Shown: positions 19,473 to 28,745, numbered from the stretch's first letter. The stretch is 32,807 nt of DNA from Candidatus Sigynarchaeum calidifontis (GCA_030587475.2 JAUQYZ020000139.1:1-32807), one strand, 5' to 3'. Translations and numbers: made by a program. Notes: generated by a model from the letters alone, not told the origin.

Positions 19473-19838
19473 ATGAGCAAAGCGTACACGGTGCTGTTTG
19501 TAATCGGCTACATCTTGGCCGCGGGCTTGCTAGGACTCGGTGCGATATTTCTAATGGCTGCACCAGCGGTAGTGGATACTTTTTTGCAGAACCTATTAAC
19601 GGGCATCATCATGATCGCTGCGGGTGTCGTCATCATCGTCGGCTTGCGGTTGCGCCAGCGCGTCGTCGTCGAGGCGAAGGTCACCCTCAAACCGACGCAA
19701 ATCAAGGAATTCAAGTGCAAGAACTGCAGCGCGCCTTTATCAGAAAAGGATCTCACGGTCGCGAAGAACGGCACGTACATCGTCAAGTGCACTTACTGCG
19801 GCGCGCTTTACGAGCTGCAAGATAACCCGATCTGGTAG
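19473..19838 (+). CDS. Two-TM membrane protein with a C-terminal Zn ribbon
   Basis: Two hydrophobic helices followed by CKNC-x18-CTYC. Confidence 0.8.
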   Translation: MSKAYTVLFVIGYILAAGLLGLGAIFLMAAPAVVDTFLQNLLTGIIMIAAGVVIIVGLRLRQRVVVEAKVTLKPTQIKEFKCKNCSAPLSEKDLTVAKNGTYIVKCTYCGALYELQDNPIW

Positions 19839-19877
19839 GCTAGCGGATCTACAAGAAAAAGCACGGTAGGCGGTAAC

Positions 19878-21872
19878 ATGCACACCAAGCACATGAAATC
19901 CATCCTTGCCATCACCATCGCATGCGCGATGCTCGTTCCCGCGTGCACGGCCCTCGCTGTGACATCGGCGGAATCCCCTGGCACTTCAGGCGGCGACGTT
20001 GAACCCGCGACGATCACCCCGCGCCAATCATATTATTTCCGTGTCACGAACATGCTCGCTCGCTTCTTTCTCGAGTACGACGGCTCGGTAACGATCAAGT
20101 ACAACATCACTTTCAAGAATTTAGAATATTCATGGGCACTCGACGTCGCGGACATTGGCTTCTTGACCGGCAGCTACATATTCGAATCCGTGAAGGCGAA
20201 AATCACGACCGGTGGCAGGACGACGTGGCACGACCTGCCTAGCTATGCGATCACCAGGTCGCCTTACGTGAAGGATGGCGTCGCGATCGATTTTCTCTCC
20301 TACGACATCCCCTACAACGGCGAGGAAATGCTCTATGTCGAGGCTAACAATCCACGTGTACTTTATTCCGATTCGGAAGACTCGAGCAAGGCATCCTTCG
20401 TCTTCACGCCAACGTGGTTTGACTCTTCCTTTGGAGGGAGCTTGATATATAACATGAACGTCACGGTATATTTTCCCGCCAATGAATTGGACGGTTCCCA
20501 GTTGAAATACCACGTGAAGCCATCCCCCTGGTATCCCCCCGCATCAGGCTTGCAGAATTTCACGACGCCGCTGGAGCAGCGCTTGTTTTACACGTGGTTT
20601 TTCGGAAGCATCTCGCAATCCGCTCACGAGTTCGGGGTATCCTTCCCGAAGAGCTGGGTGGCCCCTGGTTCCATCCAGACGGATCCCTGGGTGGTCATCC
20701 TCGTGTGGACGCTAGTCGCTGTCGGGGCAGGCGTGATCGTGCTGGTGAGCATCATCTATCTCGTGGCCCAGCACAAGAAGAAAGCGAGGACGCAGTATTA
20801 CCCGCCCGTCCAGAAGGCCGCGAGCCCATTCGGTAGCATCTTTTGCTGTGCCACGATCATCACGGCCATCGTGATTTTCGTGTTCGTCGAGGACTACTTC
20901 ATGCTCCTGTACGGCGTGACCATCGCCTTGATCGTGCTCGCGTTCGTGTTCATCGCCTATTTCCTGGCCAAGGCCATCGACAAGCGGCGGCTCAAGTACG
21001 AGAAGCCGAAGCTGAGCGTCGAGTGCGTCGGTGTCAACAAGAACTTGACCGTGCCAGAAGCGGCGATCATCAAGAACACGGAACTCGGAAAGGTCATTTT
21101 CTTGATCATTTTCGGCATGATGCGGAAGGGCATCATTGAAATTGCCCAGAACAAGCCGCTCCTTCTGGAAAAGAAGCAAAAGATCGTCCCGGAGAATTTA
21201 CGAACGCTCGCCGAGGAAAGCCGCAAGCTGCGCGACTACGAGCTCGATTTCTACGAGAGTATCGGGCCAAATGGCTCGATCCTGGAACCGAAACTACGCG
21301 AAACGCTCATCCGCATGATCAAGAAAACGCACGCGAAGATGGTTGGCTTCGACTTGAAAGCGACGATCGCTTATCACGATTCATTGATGGAGAAAGCATG
21401 GAACCAGGTGAAGAACACGAGCGGTGACATAAAGTTCGACGAGATTGCCGACCAGTTTGGCTACCTCGTGCTCGATGAGAACTTCTCGAAGAAAGCACCC
21501 ACGTACTTCGGCACGAGGACGATTTACATGCCCTATTGGTATGCCCGTCCATATTCCTTATGGCACGTCACGCCGGGCATTTCGTCTGGCATCCCCGCGT
21601 CGTTCGCACGCACCGGCAGCATGGGTGCCATCAACGCGATCGATTTCGCCACGTCAATCTCGAGCGGGATCTCGAACTTGTCCAGCAACATCGCCACGAA
21701 CGCGTCCAACTTCTTTTCATCCATCGTCAACGCGGTTTCCCCGACCCCGAGGCCGTCAACCGGCGGTGCCGGCGGTGGTGGCGGTCGCAGTTACTCTGGT
21801 GGTTCCTGCGCTTGCGCGTGTGCTTGCGCGTGCGCGGGCTGTGCTTGCGCGTGCGCGGGTGGCGGTCGCTAG
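19878..21872 (+). CDS. DUF2207-like membrane protein with a Gly-rich and (Cys-Ala)n C-terminal tail
   Basis: Signal peptide, extracellular beta domain (DGSVTIKYNITF), three TM helices, cytoplasmic helical domain, ending GGAGGGGGRSYSGGSCACACACACAGCACACAGGGR. Confidence 0.75.
   Translation: MHTKHMKSILAITIACAMLVPACTALAVTSAESPGTSGGDVEPATITPRQSYYFRVTNMLARFFLEYDGSVTIKYNITFKNLEYSWALDVADIGFLTGSYIFESVKAKITTGGRTTWHDLPSYAITRSPYVKDGVAIDFLSYDIPYNGEEMLYVEANNPRVLYSDSEDSSKASFVFTPTWFDSSFGGSLIYNMNVTVYFPANELDGSQLKYHVKPSPWYPPASGLQNFTTPLEQRLFYTWFFGSISQSAHEFGVSFPKSWVAPGSIQTDPWVVILVWTLVAVGAGVIVLVSIIYLVAQHKKKARTQYYPPVQKAASPFGSIFCCATIITAIVIFVFVEDYFMLLYGVTIALIVLAFVFIAYFLAKAIDKRRLKYEKPKLSVECVGVNKNLTVPEAAIIKNTELGKVIFLIIFGMMRKGIIEIAQNKPLLLEKKQKIVPENLRTLAEESRKLRDYELDFYESIGPNGSILEPKLRETLIRMIKKTHAKMVGFDLKATIAYHDSLMEKAWNQVKNTSGDIKFDEIADQFGYLVLDENFSKKAPTYFGTRTIYMPYWYARPYSLWHVTPGISSGIPASFARTGSMGAINAIDFATSISSGISNLSSNIATNASNFFSSIVNAVSPTPRPSTGGAGGGGGRSYSGGSCACACACACAGCACACAGGGR
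21807..21869 (+). repeat. Coding microsatellite-like (TGY GCN)n repeat encoding (Cys-Ala)5-Gly-(Cys-Ala)3-GGGR
   Basis: Read directly: TGC GCT TGC GCG TGT GCT TGC GCG TGC GCG GGC TGT GCT TGC GCG TGC GCG GGT GGC GGT CGC. Confidence 0.9.
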
Positions 21873-22837
21873 GCCTTTTCTCCGTCCTTTTCCTTTTTTT
21901 CTTGCGCGTTTTTTATTGTTTCATTTCCCGCCATTTCGGATTGTTCAAGCAAGTCGTGTACGAGTCTTGCCATCGTCGCTTGCAGCACTGGATCCTTCTT
22001 GAAAAAGTAAAGCCTTGCCCTCGCGTCCCACGGGTCGAGCTGGAATTCACGTTCGCGTGATATGCCCGGATCGAGGAAGCAGATGGACCACACGTGACCA
22101 TCTTCGATGATCAACGACTTGACGGCGCTCCAATGAGCATCCTTCAATATCAGGATGCCGCACGTGTTAAAATTATCTATTAAGAAAGTCTCGCTAGCTA
22201 CTCTGTCCTTGATGGCGGATCTTTCCTTTATCCCGCGCTTTCTGGAAATTTCCACAACTGGCAATGCCCCTGTTCCATCGCTCGAGCCAGGGAACGCGAC
22301 TTGCTTGTACCCGAATAATGCCATGAGCAACTTGACCTCCACGTTCGACTTGACGGTCGTGGCGTAGCTTTCCAGCAGCCTTGCAGTGACCTTGCCGGTC
22401 TCGGTGAACGTGTCCAGCATGTCCGCGATCGGCCCGCCCCGCTTCCCGCACAAGCGAACGCGCATCTCGTAAAGTATGACCGGCTGGATGTCCTCGTACA
22501 TGACCGCATCGAACTTGGCGAGAGCGTCCTGGATTGCATCTGACCTGGCTGCCCGGAGCAATAGATACGCGCACGCGAGCTGGTACCTCGTGCCGACCCG
22601 GTCGAGGCTCGATTTCAACCCCGGGTATTCCCGATCGAGCAGTTCGCTCGTCTCGTCGAGCTGTATCTTGGTGGTCGAATCCGTCCCTGGCTTCAAGATC
22701 ATCAACGCAGATGCAAGTCCACATGCTGCACGCATCTGGTGGTAATGCTCGATAGGGTTTTCGTAGACGTCTTTGCCCGTGATTGCACGCCTCCATCTTG
22801 TCCAACGGTCTGCTACGCAGTCACGATCTACAAGCAT
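21869..22837 (-). CDS. Putative papain-fold cysteine protease/transpeptidase (C39-like or phytochelatin-synthase-like)
   Basis: HQMRAACGLASALMIL (oxyanion Q plus nucleophile C), later AHWSAV and FLDP (His, Asp), with a long helical insertion between. Confidence 0.55.
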   Translation of the reverse strand: MLVDRDCVADRWTRWRRAITGKDVYENPIEHYHQMRAACGLASALMILKPGTDSTTKIQLDETSELLDREYPGLKSSLDRVGTRYQLACAYLLLRAARSDAIQDALAKFDAVMYEDIQPVILYEMRVRLCGKRGGPIADMLDTFTETGKVTARLLESYATTVKSNVEVKLLMALFGYKQVAFPGSSDGTGALPVVEISRKRGIKERSAIKDRVASETFLIDNFNTCGILILKDAHWSAVKSLIIEDGHVWSICFLDPGISREREFQLDPWDARARLYFFKKDPVLQATMARLVHDLLEQSEMAGNETIKNAQEKKEKDGEKA

Positions 22838-22911
22838 CGCGCCGGGAAGAAAGATGAGAAAAATGAGAATCCGCTAATGCTAGGAGTGCAGAAATAAACA
22901 ATACCGGTTGA

Positions 22912-23100
22912 TCACACGATCCGGTTTCGGCCATTTACTTTCTTGTTCATCCAGTTGTATCTTCTGAAGCGTGTGGTCTTGCCAAAACCACATGCGGCGC
23001 AGACCTTGTGCCGAACGTGGTATGATGTCCTGCCGCAGCGGCGGCAGCGGATGTGCGTTTTCTTGTTGTGTCGGCCTTTTGCCGGTGTGCCCTTTCCCAT
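22912..23100 (-). CDS. rpl37e: 50S ribosomal protein L37e
   Basis: MGKGTPAKG...[14 protein letters not shown]...CAACGFG. Confidence 0.97.
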   Translation of the reverse strand: MGKGTPAKGRHNKKTHIRCRRCGRTSYHVRHKVCAACGFGKTTRFRRYNWMNKKVNGRNRIV

Positions 23101-23106
23101 TGCTTT

Positions 23107-23385
23107 TCACTCTTCTTCTTCCTTTTCAACGAGATCCTCGCAGTTGACGAGCAAAACCGAATCCCCACGAAGCACTATGGTGCCAAGGGTTTCGATCTCG
23201 AGCGTGTGCGGATTCGTCGTGACCGCGTTGTCGATGTGCAGGTTCAGGTGCTGGTCGAACCCCCGAAGTATCCCGTTCACGCTTAAATCTCTCTTAAGCA
23301 CGACGAGGCAGCGCTTGCCCAGCGCGCGCTTCAAGACCTTCACGAGGGAGGATTGTGACTGTGATTGTTGGATCGGGGACGACAT
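23107..23385 (-). CDS. lsm: Sm-like (Lsm/SmAP) protein
   Basis: Sm1 (GILRGFDQHLNLHI) and Sm2 (LGTIVLRGDSV) motifs. Canonical archaeal Lsm-L37e linkage. Confidence 0.92.
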   Translation of the reverse strand: MSSPIQQSQSQSSLVKVLKRALGKRCLVVLKRDLSVNGILRGFDQHLNLHIDNAVTTNPHTLEIETLGTIVLRGDSVLLVNCEDLVEKEEEE

Positions 23386-23498
23386 GGTGGCAGCCAACCA
23401 GCACGTCTGTGTATATTCTATGTTCTCTTAATGATTGTTGGTATTAAACGTCAATGAACTATTCTGCAATTAAAATGATTCCATGATAAAAGGACGAT

Positions 23499-24725
23499 TT
23501 ACTTCAAGGATTTCAGCACTTCTTGGACCTTCTGGATCACGAGTTCTGCCGAAAAATCAAGCATTTGTATCTCTGCCCGGCGGCCACGCGTCGATATGTT
23601 CTTGATGCGCTCGTGGATCAAGTGTGATTGGTTAAGTTTTTGCATGTACTTTCGAAACGCGGTGATCACGTGAGATTCAGCATCTCGCCCTCCTAGTTCC
23701 TCGCACACGACCTTGTATTCTTCAAATGCCTCCTCCGTCGTCGTGTAGTTGATGTTTTTTTGGCTGTTCTGTTTCAAGACGCGGGCAATCGAAAGCAAGA
23801 CGAGCAGCTCGTGCTTCTTCAAGTCCTTGAGAATTGGCTCGCGGAACTCCGTCGACACGTATTTCGCCGCGTTCCGGATCATCTCCGGCAGGATCTCGCC
23901 GGCATCTTGTTGTTCCGCCATTTTCGCCGCGTGATGCATGACCTCGATCCCGTAATAGACGTTTCCAGATAGTTCACTCATTTCCGCGATGAGTTCCACG
24001 TTATCATCCGACAGCACGCCTTCCTTGAGTGCCAGGTCCCGCCGGTACGCGAAGATGTCGATCAGCTGCTCGAAGGTATATTTCGGGAGGGCGATCGTGC
24101 TGTGCAGCCGCTGGGCGATTCGGGGTTCCGCGGCTATCAATTCTTCCCAGTCCCCCGATCGAGCGATGAGGATCGTGGAAAAGTATTCCTTGCCGTCGGG
24201 CCCGGGCTTGAATTCCTCGTTCACCGACAGGATGCGCATCACGTCGTCGGGTTTCAAGTTCTGGATCTCGTCGATGACGAAAAGCAGCTTCTTGTTTTCC
24301 CGCTGGAGATTTTGGACGAGAAATGCGAGTAATTCCGATATACTAAAGCCCTTCCCGGAAATGAAGTAGTTCGATGGAAGGTAATCCCGCAGCATGGTGC
24401 CGAGCGTTCGGAACTGGAAGCACGTGTAGTACCGGCTATCGAAGTTGATGCCGAGCTCGATAGCGACGTTCGACAACTTTTTTTGCGTGAACCGGGCGAT
24501 CGCCGTTTTTCCAAAGCCGCCCTCGCCTCGCAGCCCGAGATTGACACCCTTGTCTTCTTTGAAGATGATCTTGAGGTCCGAGGCGAGCTTCCGCAAGATG
24601 TCATCCCGGTGCGGGAATTTCTCGGGTATGAACGTCCTGTCAAACGTTTGCTCGCCATTGCGCTTGAAAATGCGATCCCCGAGGATGTTCCTCTTCAGCT
24701 CCTCTTCGAAATCCGTGATGTTCAA
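23499..24725 (-). CDS. cdc6: Orc1/Cdc6 replication initiator
   Basis: FIPEKFPHRD, Walker A GEGGFGKT, Walker B VIDE, YTFEQLIDIF..R, C-terminal winged helix (RGRR). TTG start. Confidence 0.93.
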   Translation of the reverse strand: MNITDFEEELKRNILGDRIFKRNGEQTFDRTFIPEKFPHRDDILRKLASDLKIIFKEDKGVNLGLRGEGGFGKTAIARFTQKKLSNVAIELGINFDSRYYTCFQFRTLGTMLRDYLPSNYFISGKGFSISELLAFLVQNLQRENKKLLFVIDEIQNLKPDDVMRILSVNEEFKPGPDGKEYFSTILIARSGDWEELIAAEPRIAQRLHSTIALPKYTFEQLIDIFAYRRDLALKEGVLSDDNVELIAEMSELSGNVYYGIEVMHHAAKMAEQQDAGEILPEMIRNAAKYVSTEFREPILKDLKKHELLVLLSIARVLKQNSQKNINYTTTEEAFEEYKVVCEELGGRDAESHVITAFRKYMQKLNQSHLIHERIKNISTRGRRAEIQMLDFSAELVIQKVQEVLKSLK

Positions 24726-24888
24726 CCCCGCAGCGATTATTTCCGAGATGACGTGCTGAATTAACGCGTGCTCGATTAATCCCGATCCATGACAATTGTT
24801 ACTGCATTATAAAGCTTTTAACCGGGTTTCGACGAAATTCCCTCGTGGAAGGTAGGACATGAATGCCGTCTCGATGTTTCCCGCGGTG

Positions 24889-26484
24889 TTATTTTTCCTC
24901 GAACCGTGACAAGATCTTGCCTATTTCATCAATCATCATGCTTGCCGTGATGAATTGACCGCCCATCTTGCGCTCTACTGCTACCCCGGCGAGGCCATTG
25001 ACGTGGATCGCGGCGCACGATACATTAAACATGAATTCAGGGTTCGCTCCAAAGCGAGCTGCCAGCCCGACGGCGATGCCAGCAAGCACGTCGCCCGTGC
25101 CGCCAACAGTCATTGCAGGCGTATGCACGATGTTGATCTTGCAGCGCCGGGTGTTCATGATAATGTCCTCGGGCCCTTTCAGCATCAACTGGCAATGCAT
25201 CTTCCGCGTGAAATCACGCGCGGCGACAAGCCTCTGCTCCAGCGTGGATAAGTTTTCAGCGCTTTTTTTTGCGATAATAGCAAACTCCCCTGCATGGGGG
25301 GTCAAGATCACGTTTGGATCATCAACTATTTCGATATTGTTTGCGATTGCCTTCAAGGCATCCGCATCTACCACGAGCTTTCTCTTTTCTTTTACAGCGA
25401 TCTTGCATGCTGTTATTATAGCTTGTACCGTCCCTGGTTCACGACCCATACCAGGCCCGATCAAGATCGCGTCCGCCCACTTGATGCGGTTTTCCATTTC
25501 CGGGACATTCAGCTCCGTGATCGAGCTTCCATCCAGGGGGGTCACGATCAAGTCGGGGGATGCCATCCGCGCTACTATTGCTGCCGGTTCCGGGATGCAC
25601 AGGTTGACAAGGTCGACGCCGCACCGCGATGCTGCGAGGGATGAGAGAATTGCAGCGCCCGTGTATTGCTTGCTGCCGCCGATCACGAGTACCTTGCCGT
25701 TCATGCCCTTGACCGACCGGGGATCGCGCCCCTTCTTGAGAAGGCGTTTCACGTCCCCCTTTCCAACGAGCCATTCTGCCTCCGGGGGTATGCCAATAGG
25801 CATGACATCGATCGGGCCAGTGATATCCTTCTTGTCAACCATTCCTTTCTTTTGGAGGTGAAAGGTCACGCTCCGGGTTGCCCGCACAAACGCGTTGCCC
25901 GTGGTTCCATCGTCCATGTTCAAGCCCGAAGGTACATCGACCGCGACGACAGGACAACGCGAGGCTTCGTGCAATGCATTGATCTTGCGAATGGCGGTAG
26001 CTACAGGCTCGCGCACGTTACCTTTTATGCCCGCGCCGAGCAATGCGTCGATGATGATGGAGTTGGCGTCAATTCCCTGGATGTTGTCGATGTACGAGGC
26101 GTCCTTGAAAACCTCCATGTGGATGGAAAATGGCGCCCGGGAAATCACGTTCCAGTTCGACCGTGCCTCCGTCGTGGCAATGAGCGCGAGATCCCCGACG
26201 AGATAGACCTTGATGGCTCTCGCGAAAGGTGCCAGGTGCCTCGCAGCGACGAATCCATCGCCACCATTGTTCCCGAGACCGCAGAACACGTGGATGGTTT
26301 TCTCATGGAGTGGGCCGAATTTTTCCATTATTACCCGTGCCACGGATGCACCCGCGTTCTCCATGAGCTTTTCCTTCGAGATTCCGAGATCCTCGGAGTT
26401 TTCATCGAGCACGAACATGTCCTCCGATGTCATGGTGTCCCCTGGCGGGAAGGACTTCATGAAGGCGCGTAGGTCCATCAACAT
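24889..26484 (-). CDS. nnr: Bifunctional NAD(P)H-hydrate epimerase/dehydratase (YjeF)
   Basis: LMENAG, GLGNNGGDGFVAARHL, DVPSG, KGMNGKVLVIGGS, IGPGMG, VVDADAL, TPHAGEF, GGTGDVLAG. ATG 26484 is preceded by GGAG. Confidence 0.96.
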   Translation of the reverse strand: MLMDLRAFMKSFPPGDTMTSEDMFVLDENSEDLGISKEKLMENAGASVARVIMEKFGPLHEKTIHVFCGLGNNGGDGFVAARHLAPFARAIKVYLVGDLALIATTEARSNWNVISRAPFSIHMEVFKDASYIDNIQGIDANSIIIDALLGAGIKGNVREPVATAIRKINALHEASRCPVVAVDVPSGLNMDDGTTGNAFVRATRSVTFHLQKKGMVDKKDITGPIDVMPIGIPPEAEWLVGKGDVKRLLKKGRDPRSVKGMNGKVLVIGGSKQYTGAAILSSLAASRCGVDLVNLCIPEPAAIVARMASPDLIVTPLDGSSITELNVPEMENRIKWADAILIGPGMGREPGTVQAIITACKIAVKEKRKLVVDADALKAIANNIEIVDDPNVILTPHAGEFAIIAKKSAENLSTLEQRLVAARDFTRKMHCQLMLKGPEDIIMNTRRCKINIVHTPAMTVGGTGDVLAGIAVGLAARFGANPEFMFNVSCAAIHVNGLAGVAVERKMGGQFITASMMIDEIGKILSRFEEK

Positions 26485-26545
26485 CACCAGCTCCTTACCA
26501 TGATTCGCCTTCAAAAAGTAGATGCCTTTAACATGCGGTGCCTAT

Positions 26546-28090
26546 TCACTGGGTATCGGACTCGGCTGGCGCCCCCTCTTTTTTCTTCGGGGGTGGCGGG
26601 GGAGGCAACCGCATGTAATACGCGGGGTGGTATCCCTTCTCCTCCACGCGCTTCGCTTCTGTCTTCTCATAGTTGCGTTTCTTGGTGAAGGAGAGCTTTT
26701 TCACGAGGGGAAGCCCCGGCTGGATTTCATCGATTGGTTTTTTCTCGATCAAGCCCGATTGAACGGCCGAATCGAACAGCTCTTTTCCCGCGCTCGTGCG
26801 AACGAGGACCGTGTTCCACCCGTCCGGCGAGCCGATGCTCCCGACGGAGATATCCGCCATCTCGGAAGTCAAGTCGTGGCAGCAATGGCAACTGAGCCGG
26901 GCAAGCTTGGTCACATCCTTCATGCTCGCGGATTTTGGGTCACCGTTCATCGGGAAGGCGAAAAATTGCCCCTCCTTGATGTTCATCTTTTTAACCTGTT
27001 CGAGCGGGATCCCGAACGTGCCCTCGCACAGCTGCTTGATCCCGGCGTGCGTGAAGGATTCCATGCAAAATATGCCAATGCGGTACTTGATGTTGCCGAC
27101 GCCGATCGTCCCCGTGGGGTAGATCTCCGCCTTGCGTAGGGCTTGCATCATGCACGGGGTGCCGACCACGGCGATCGATTTCTCGCGCTTCAAGCCCCGG
27201 AGTAGTTTCAAGGACGGGGTGTTGACGTATTTTGTCCCCGCAGCCCGTGCGACATCATGGGAATCCTTCATGACGATCGCCTCGGGCTTCCACGGCACGT
27301 CGTCTTTCTTGGTTGCGCCGATCGCAACCTGGATGGCCTTGGAATCGAGTGCTTGCATGAGCAGGGCTGATGATACTCCGCCGTCTTGCACGAGTGGCCG
27401 AAGATCGGGCCGCGTGGTCCTCGCGCACCATGCCTCCATGATATTGCCTGCCTTGAGTTCCTCGGGGGTGGCAGGCCCGTCTTTCATGGCCCAGTCCATG
27501 GCCTTTCTCGGTAGCAGTGCCCTCGGGCATGCGGTGAGGCACAAACCACAGCGGATGCATCTATCCATATCGATCTTGACCTGGCCGTCATCGACCGAGA
27601 TGCAATCGACCGGACACGCGGCTTGGCACGTGCCACAACCGCTGCAAGCCTTGCCCTCGTCCACTACCTTCACGGGCACGTAGACAGGCTGGACCTTTCC
27701 CGGGTCATCGGTGATGAACGAGAAGGAAACTGATTCTGGCGAATCCAGCTTGCATCGGACGAATCCCTCGAAGGCGAGCTGGAACGCTGCAGCGATGGCG
27801 ACCTTGCCTTGTATGCCGAGCGCTTGCGCCTTCGCGAGCACGTTTTCCAGGCTCACGTCGCAGCCAGCCGCTTGGATTTCTCGCAATACCATTGCCTTGC
27901 GCATTTCCTCGTCGAGCAATGTGCCGAGCAGAGCGTCGTACTCGTGACGGTCGAGGGCACCTGCTTTCTCGATGTCTTGCTTCGCATCGACGATGCATCG
28001 GATGCGGAACGACCTCGCGGCATGTAATAGCAATGGAAGTTGCTTCACGTGCTCGGGTTGCATCTCATCCGCTGCCATCTTGGTTGCCAT
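26546..28090 (-). CDS. frhB: F420-interacting FrhB/FdhB-family subunit with a 2x[4Fe-4S] ferredoxin domain and an N-terminal helical/wHTH-like extension
   Basis: CSGCGTCQAACP and CIRCGLCLTACP, QDGGVSSALL, AAGTKY, VGTPC, IGIFCMESF, CHCCHD..SEMADISVGSIGSPDGW. Confidence 0.88.
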   Translation of the reverse strand: MATKMAADEMQPEHVKQLPLLLHAARSFRIRCIVDAKQDIEKAGALDRHEYDALLGTLLDEEMRKAMVLREIQAAGCDVSLENVLAKAQALGIQGKVAIAAAFQLAFEGFVRCKLDSPESVSFSFITDDPGKVQPVYVPVKVVDEGKACSGCGTCQAACPVDCISVDDGQVKIDMDRCIRCGLCLTACPRALLPRKAMDWAMKDGPATPEELKAGNIMEAWCARTTRPDLRPLVQDGGVSSALLMQALDSKAIQVAIGATKKDDVPWKPEAIVMKDSHDVARAAGTKYVNTPSLKLLRGLKREKSIAVVGTPCMMQALRKAEIYPTGTIGVGNIKYRIGIFCMESFTHAGIKQLCEGTFGIPLEQVKKMNIKEGQFFAFPMNGDPKSASMKDVTKLARLSCHCCHDLTSEMADISVGSIGSPDGWNTVLVRTSAGKELFDSAVQSGLIEKKPIDEIQPGLPLVKKLSFTKKRNYEKTEAKRVEEKGYHPAYYMRLPPPPPPKKKEGAPAESDTQ

Positions 28091-28144
28091 TGATGTTTGA
28101 TCCGCTATCTGTTTTTTTTGTTATCCCGTCGCTCGCGGCGACGT

Positions 28145-28187
28145 GCCATCATCATCCCGTCGATTTTTGGAGGATGAATCACTTGGC
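28145..28187 (-). ncRNA. Candidate eukaryote-type (Asgard) SECIS element with kink-turn core
   Basis: Minus strand reads GCCA-AGU-GA-U-UCAUCCU-CCAAAAAUCGAC-GGGAUGA-U-GA-UGGC. It forms a 4-bp helix I, 3-nt bulge, tandem G.A pairs, U.U pair, 7-bp helix II and an A5 apical loop. It lies at the 3' end of genes with in-frame TGA. Confidence 0.75.
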
Positions 28188-28658
28188 GGGGGGATTTGGT
28201 AAGTCTTGCGACATCACGACTTGTAGGCCCCGCCCCCTGTCCTTTTTCAATGGATTGGGTGGCAAGGCCTTTATTTTCGCCACGAACTCGTTGGTGGCCC
28301 GCAAGAACCGGTCGATCTCGGCTGCCGACATGAAGAATTGCCCCACGCGATCCGGGTTGAAGCCAGACCGCTGGAGCATGAACTTCACCGCGTTGACATG
28401 CCGCTCCGCCACGACATTGCCGTTCTCGAAGTCGCATTCTCCCTTGTGGCACGAGTAGATACCGACACCATCCGCGCCGTCTCGTAATGCCTGGAGAATG
28501 TCAGACATGTCCACGCGTCCCGTGCATTTTACCCTCACGAGATATATCACGGGCTCGTACTGGTTCCTCGAAACACCGACCAAGTCCCCTGCGGAATAGC
28601 CTCACTTCTCGCAGCAGTATATGATGATTTTCCTGGATTCTTGATTACTACATTCCAT
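28179..28658 (-). CDS. mvhD: MvhD/VhuD [2Fe-2S] subunit, selenoprotein (Sec at codon 19, TGA 28602..28604)
   Basis: MECSNQESRKIIIYCCEK-U-GYSAGDLVGVSRNQY...RVKCTGRVD...GADGV...CHKGECDFENGN. The TGA falls in the conserved CxxC of MvhD. Confidence 0.92.
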
Positions 28659-28745
28659 GGTTACTCACATTTCCATGTTGTTGACAATGGGAATGGAACG
28701 CGCGCCCGTTTGCTGCTTGCAAACCCTTCACCCGGTTATACGATG

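Noticed and set aside
24726-24888. Replication origin next to cdc6 (TTCCCTCGTGGAAGG at 24838..24852 loosely resembles a mini-ORB)
   Set aside because: Only one imperfect copy, no G-string or repeated ORBs, and a short intergenic region without a clear unwinding element.
28090-28181. Sec readthrough of the mvhD stop, giving a poly-Sec tail or MvhD-FrhB fusion
   Set aside because: The readthrough frame differs from frhB, gives non-conserved-looking sequence, and the UGAs lie inside the SECIS itself.
28659-28745. Hairpins between hdrA and mvhD (GUUUGC-AAGCA-GCAAAC; CAUUCCCAU/AUGGAAAUG) as SECIS
   Set aside because: They lack a paired UGA/GA kink-turn core or a convincing archaeal GAA/A internal loop. 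They may be other structural elements.
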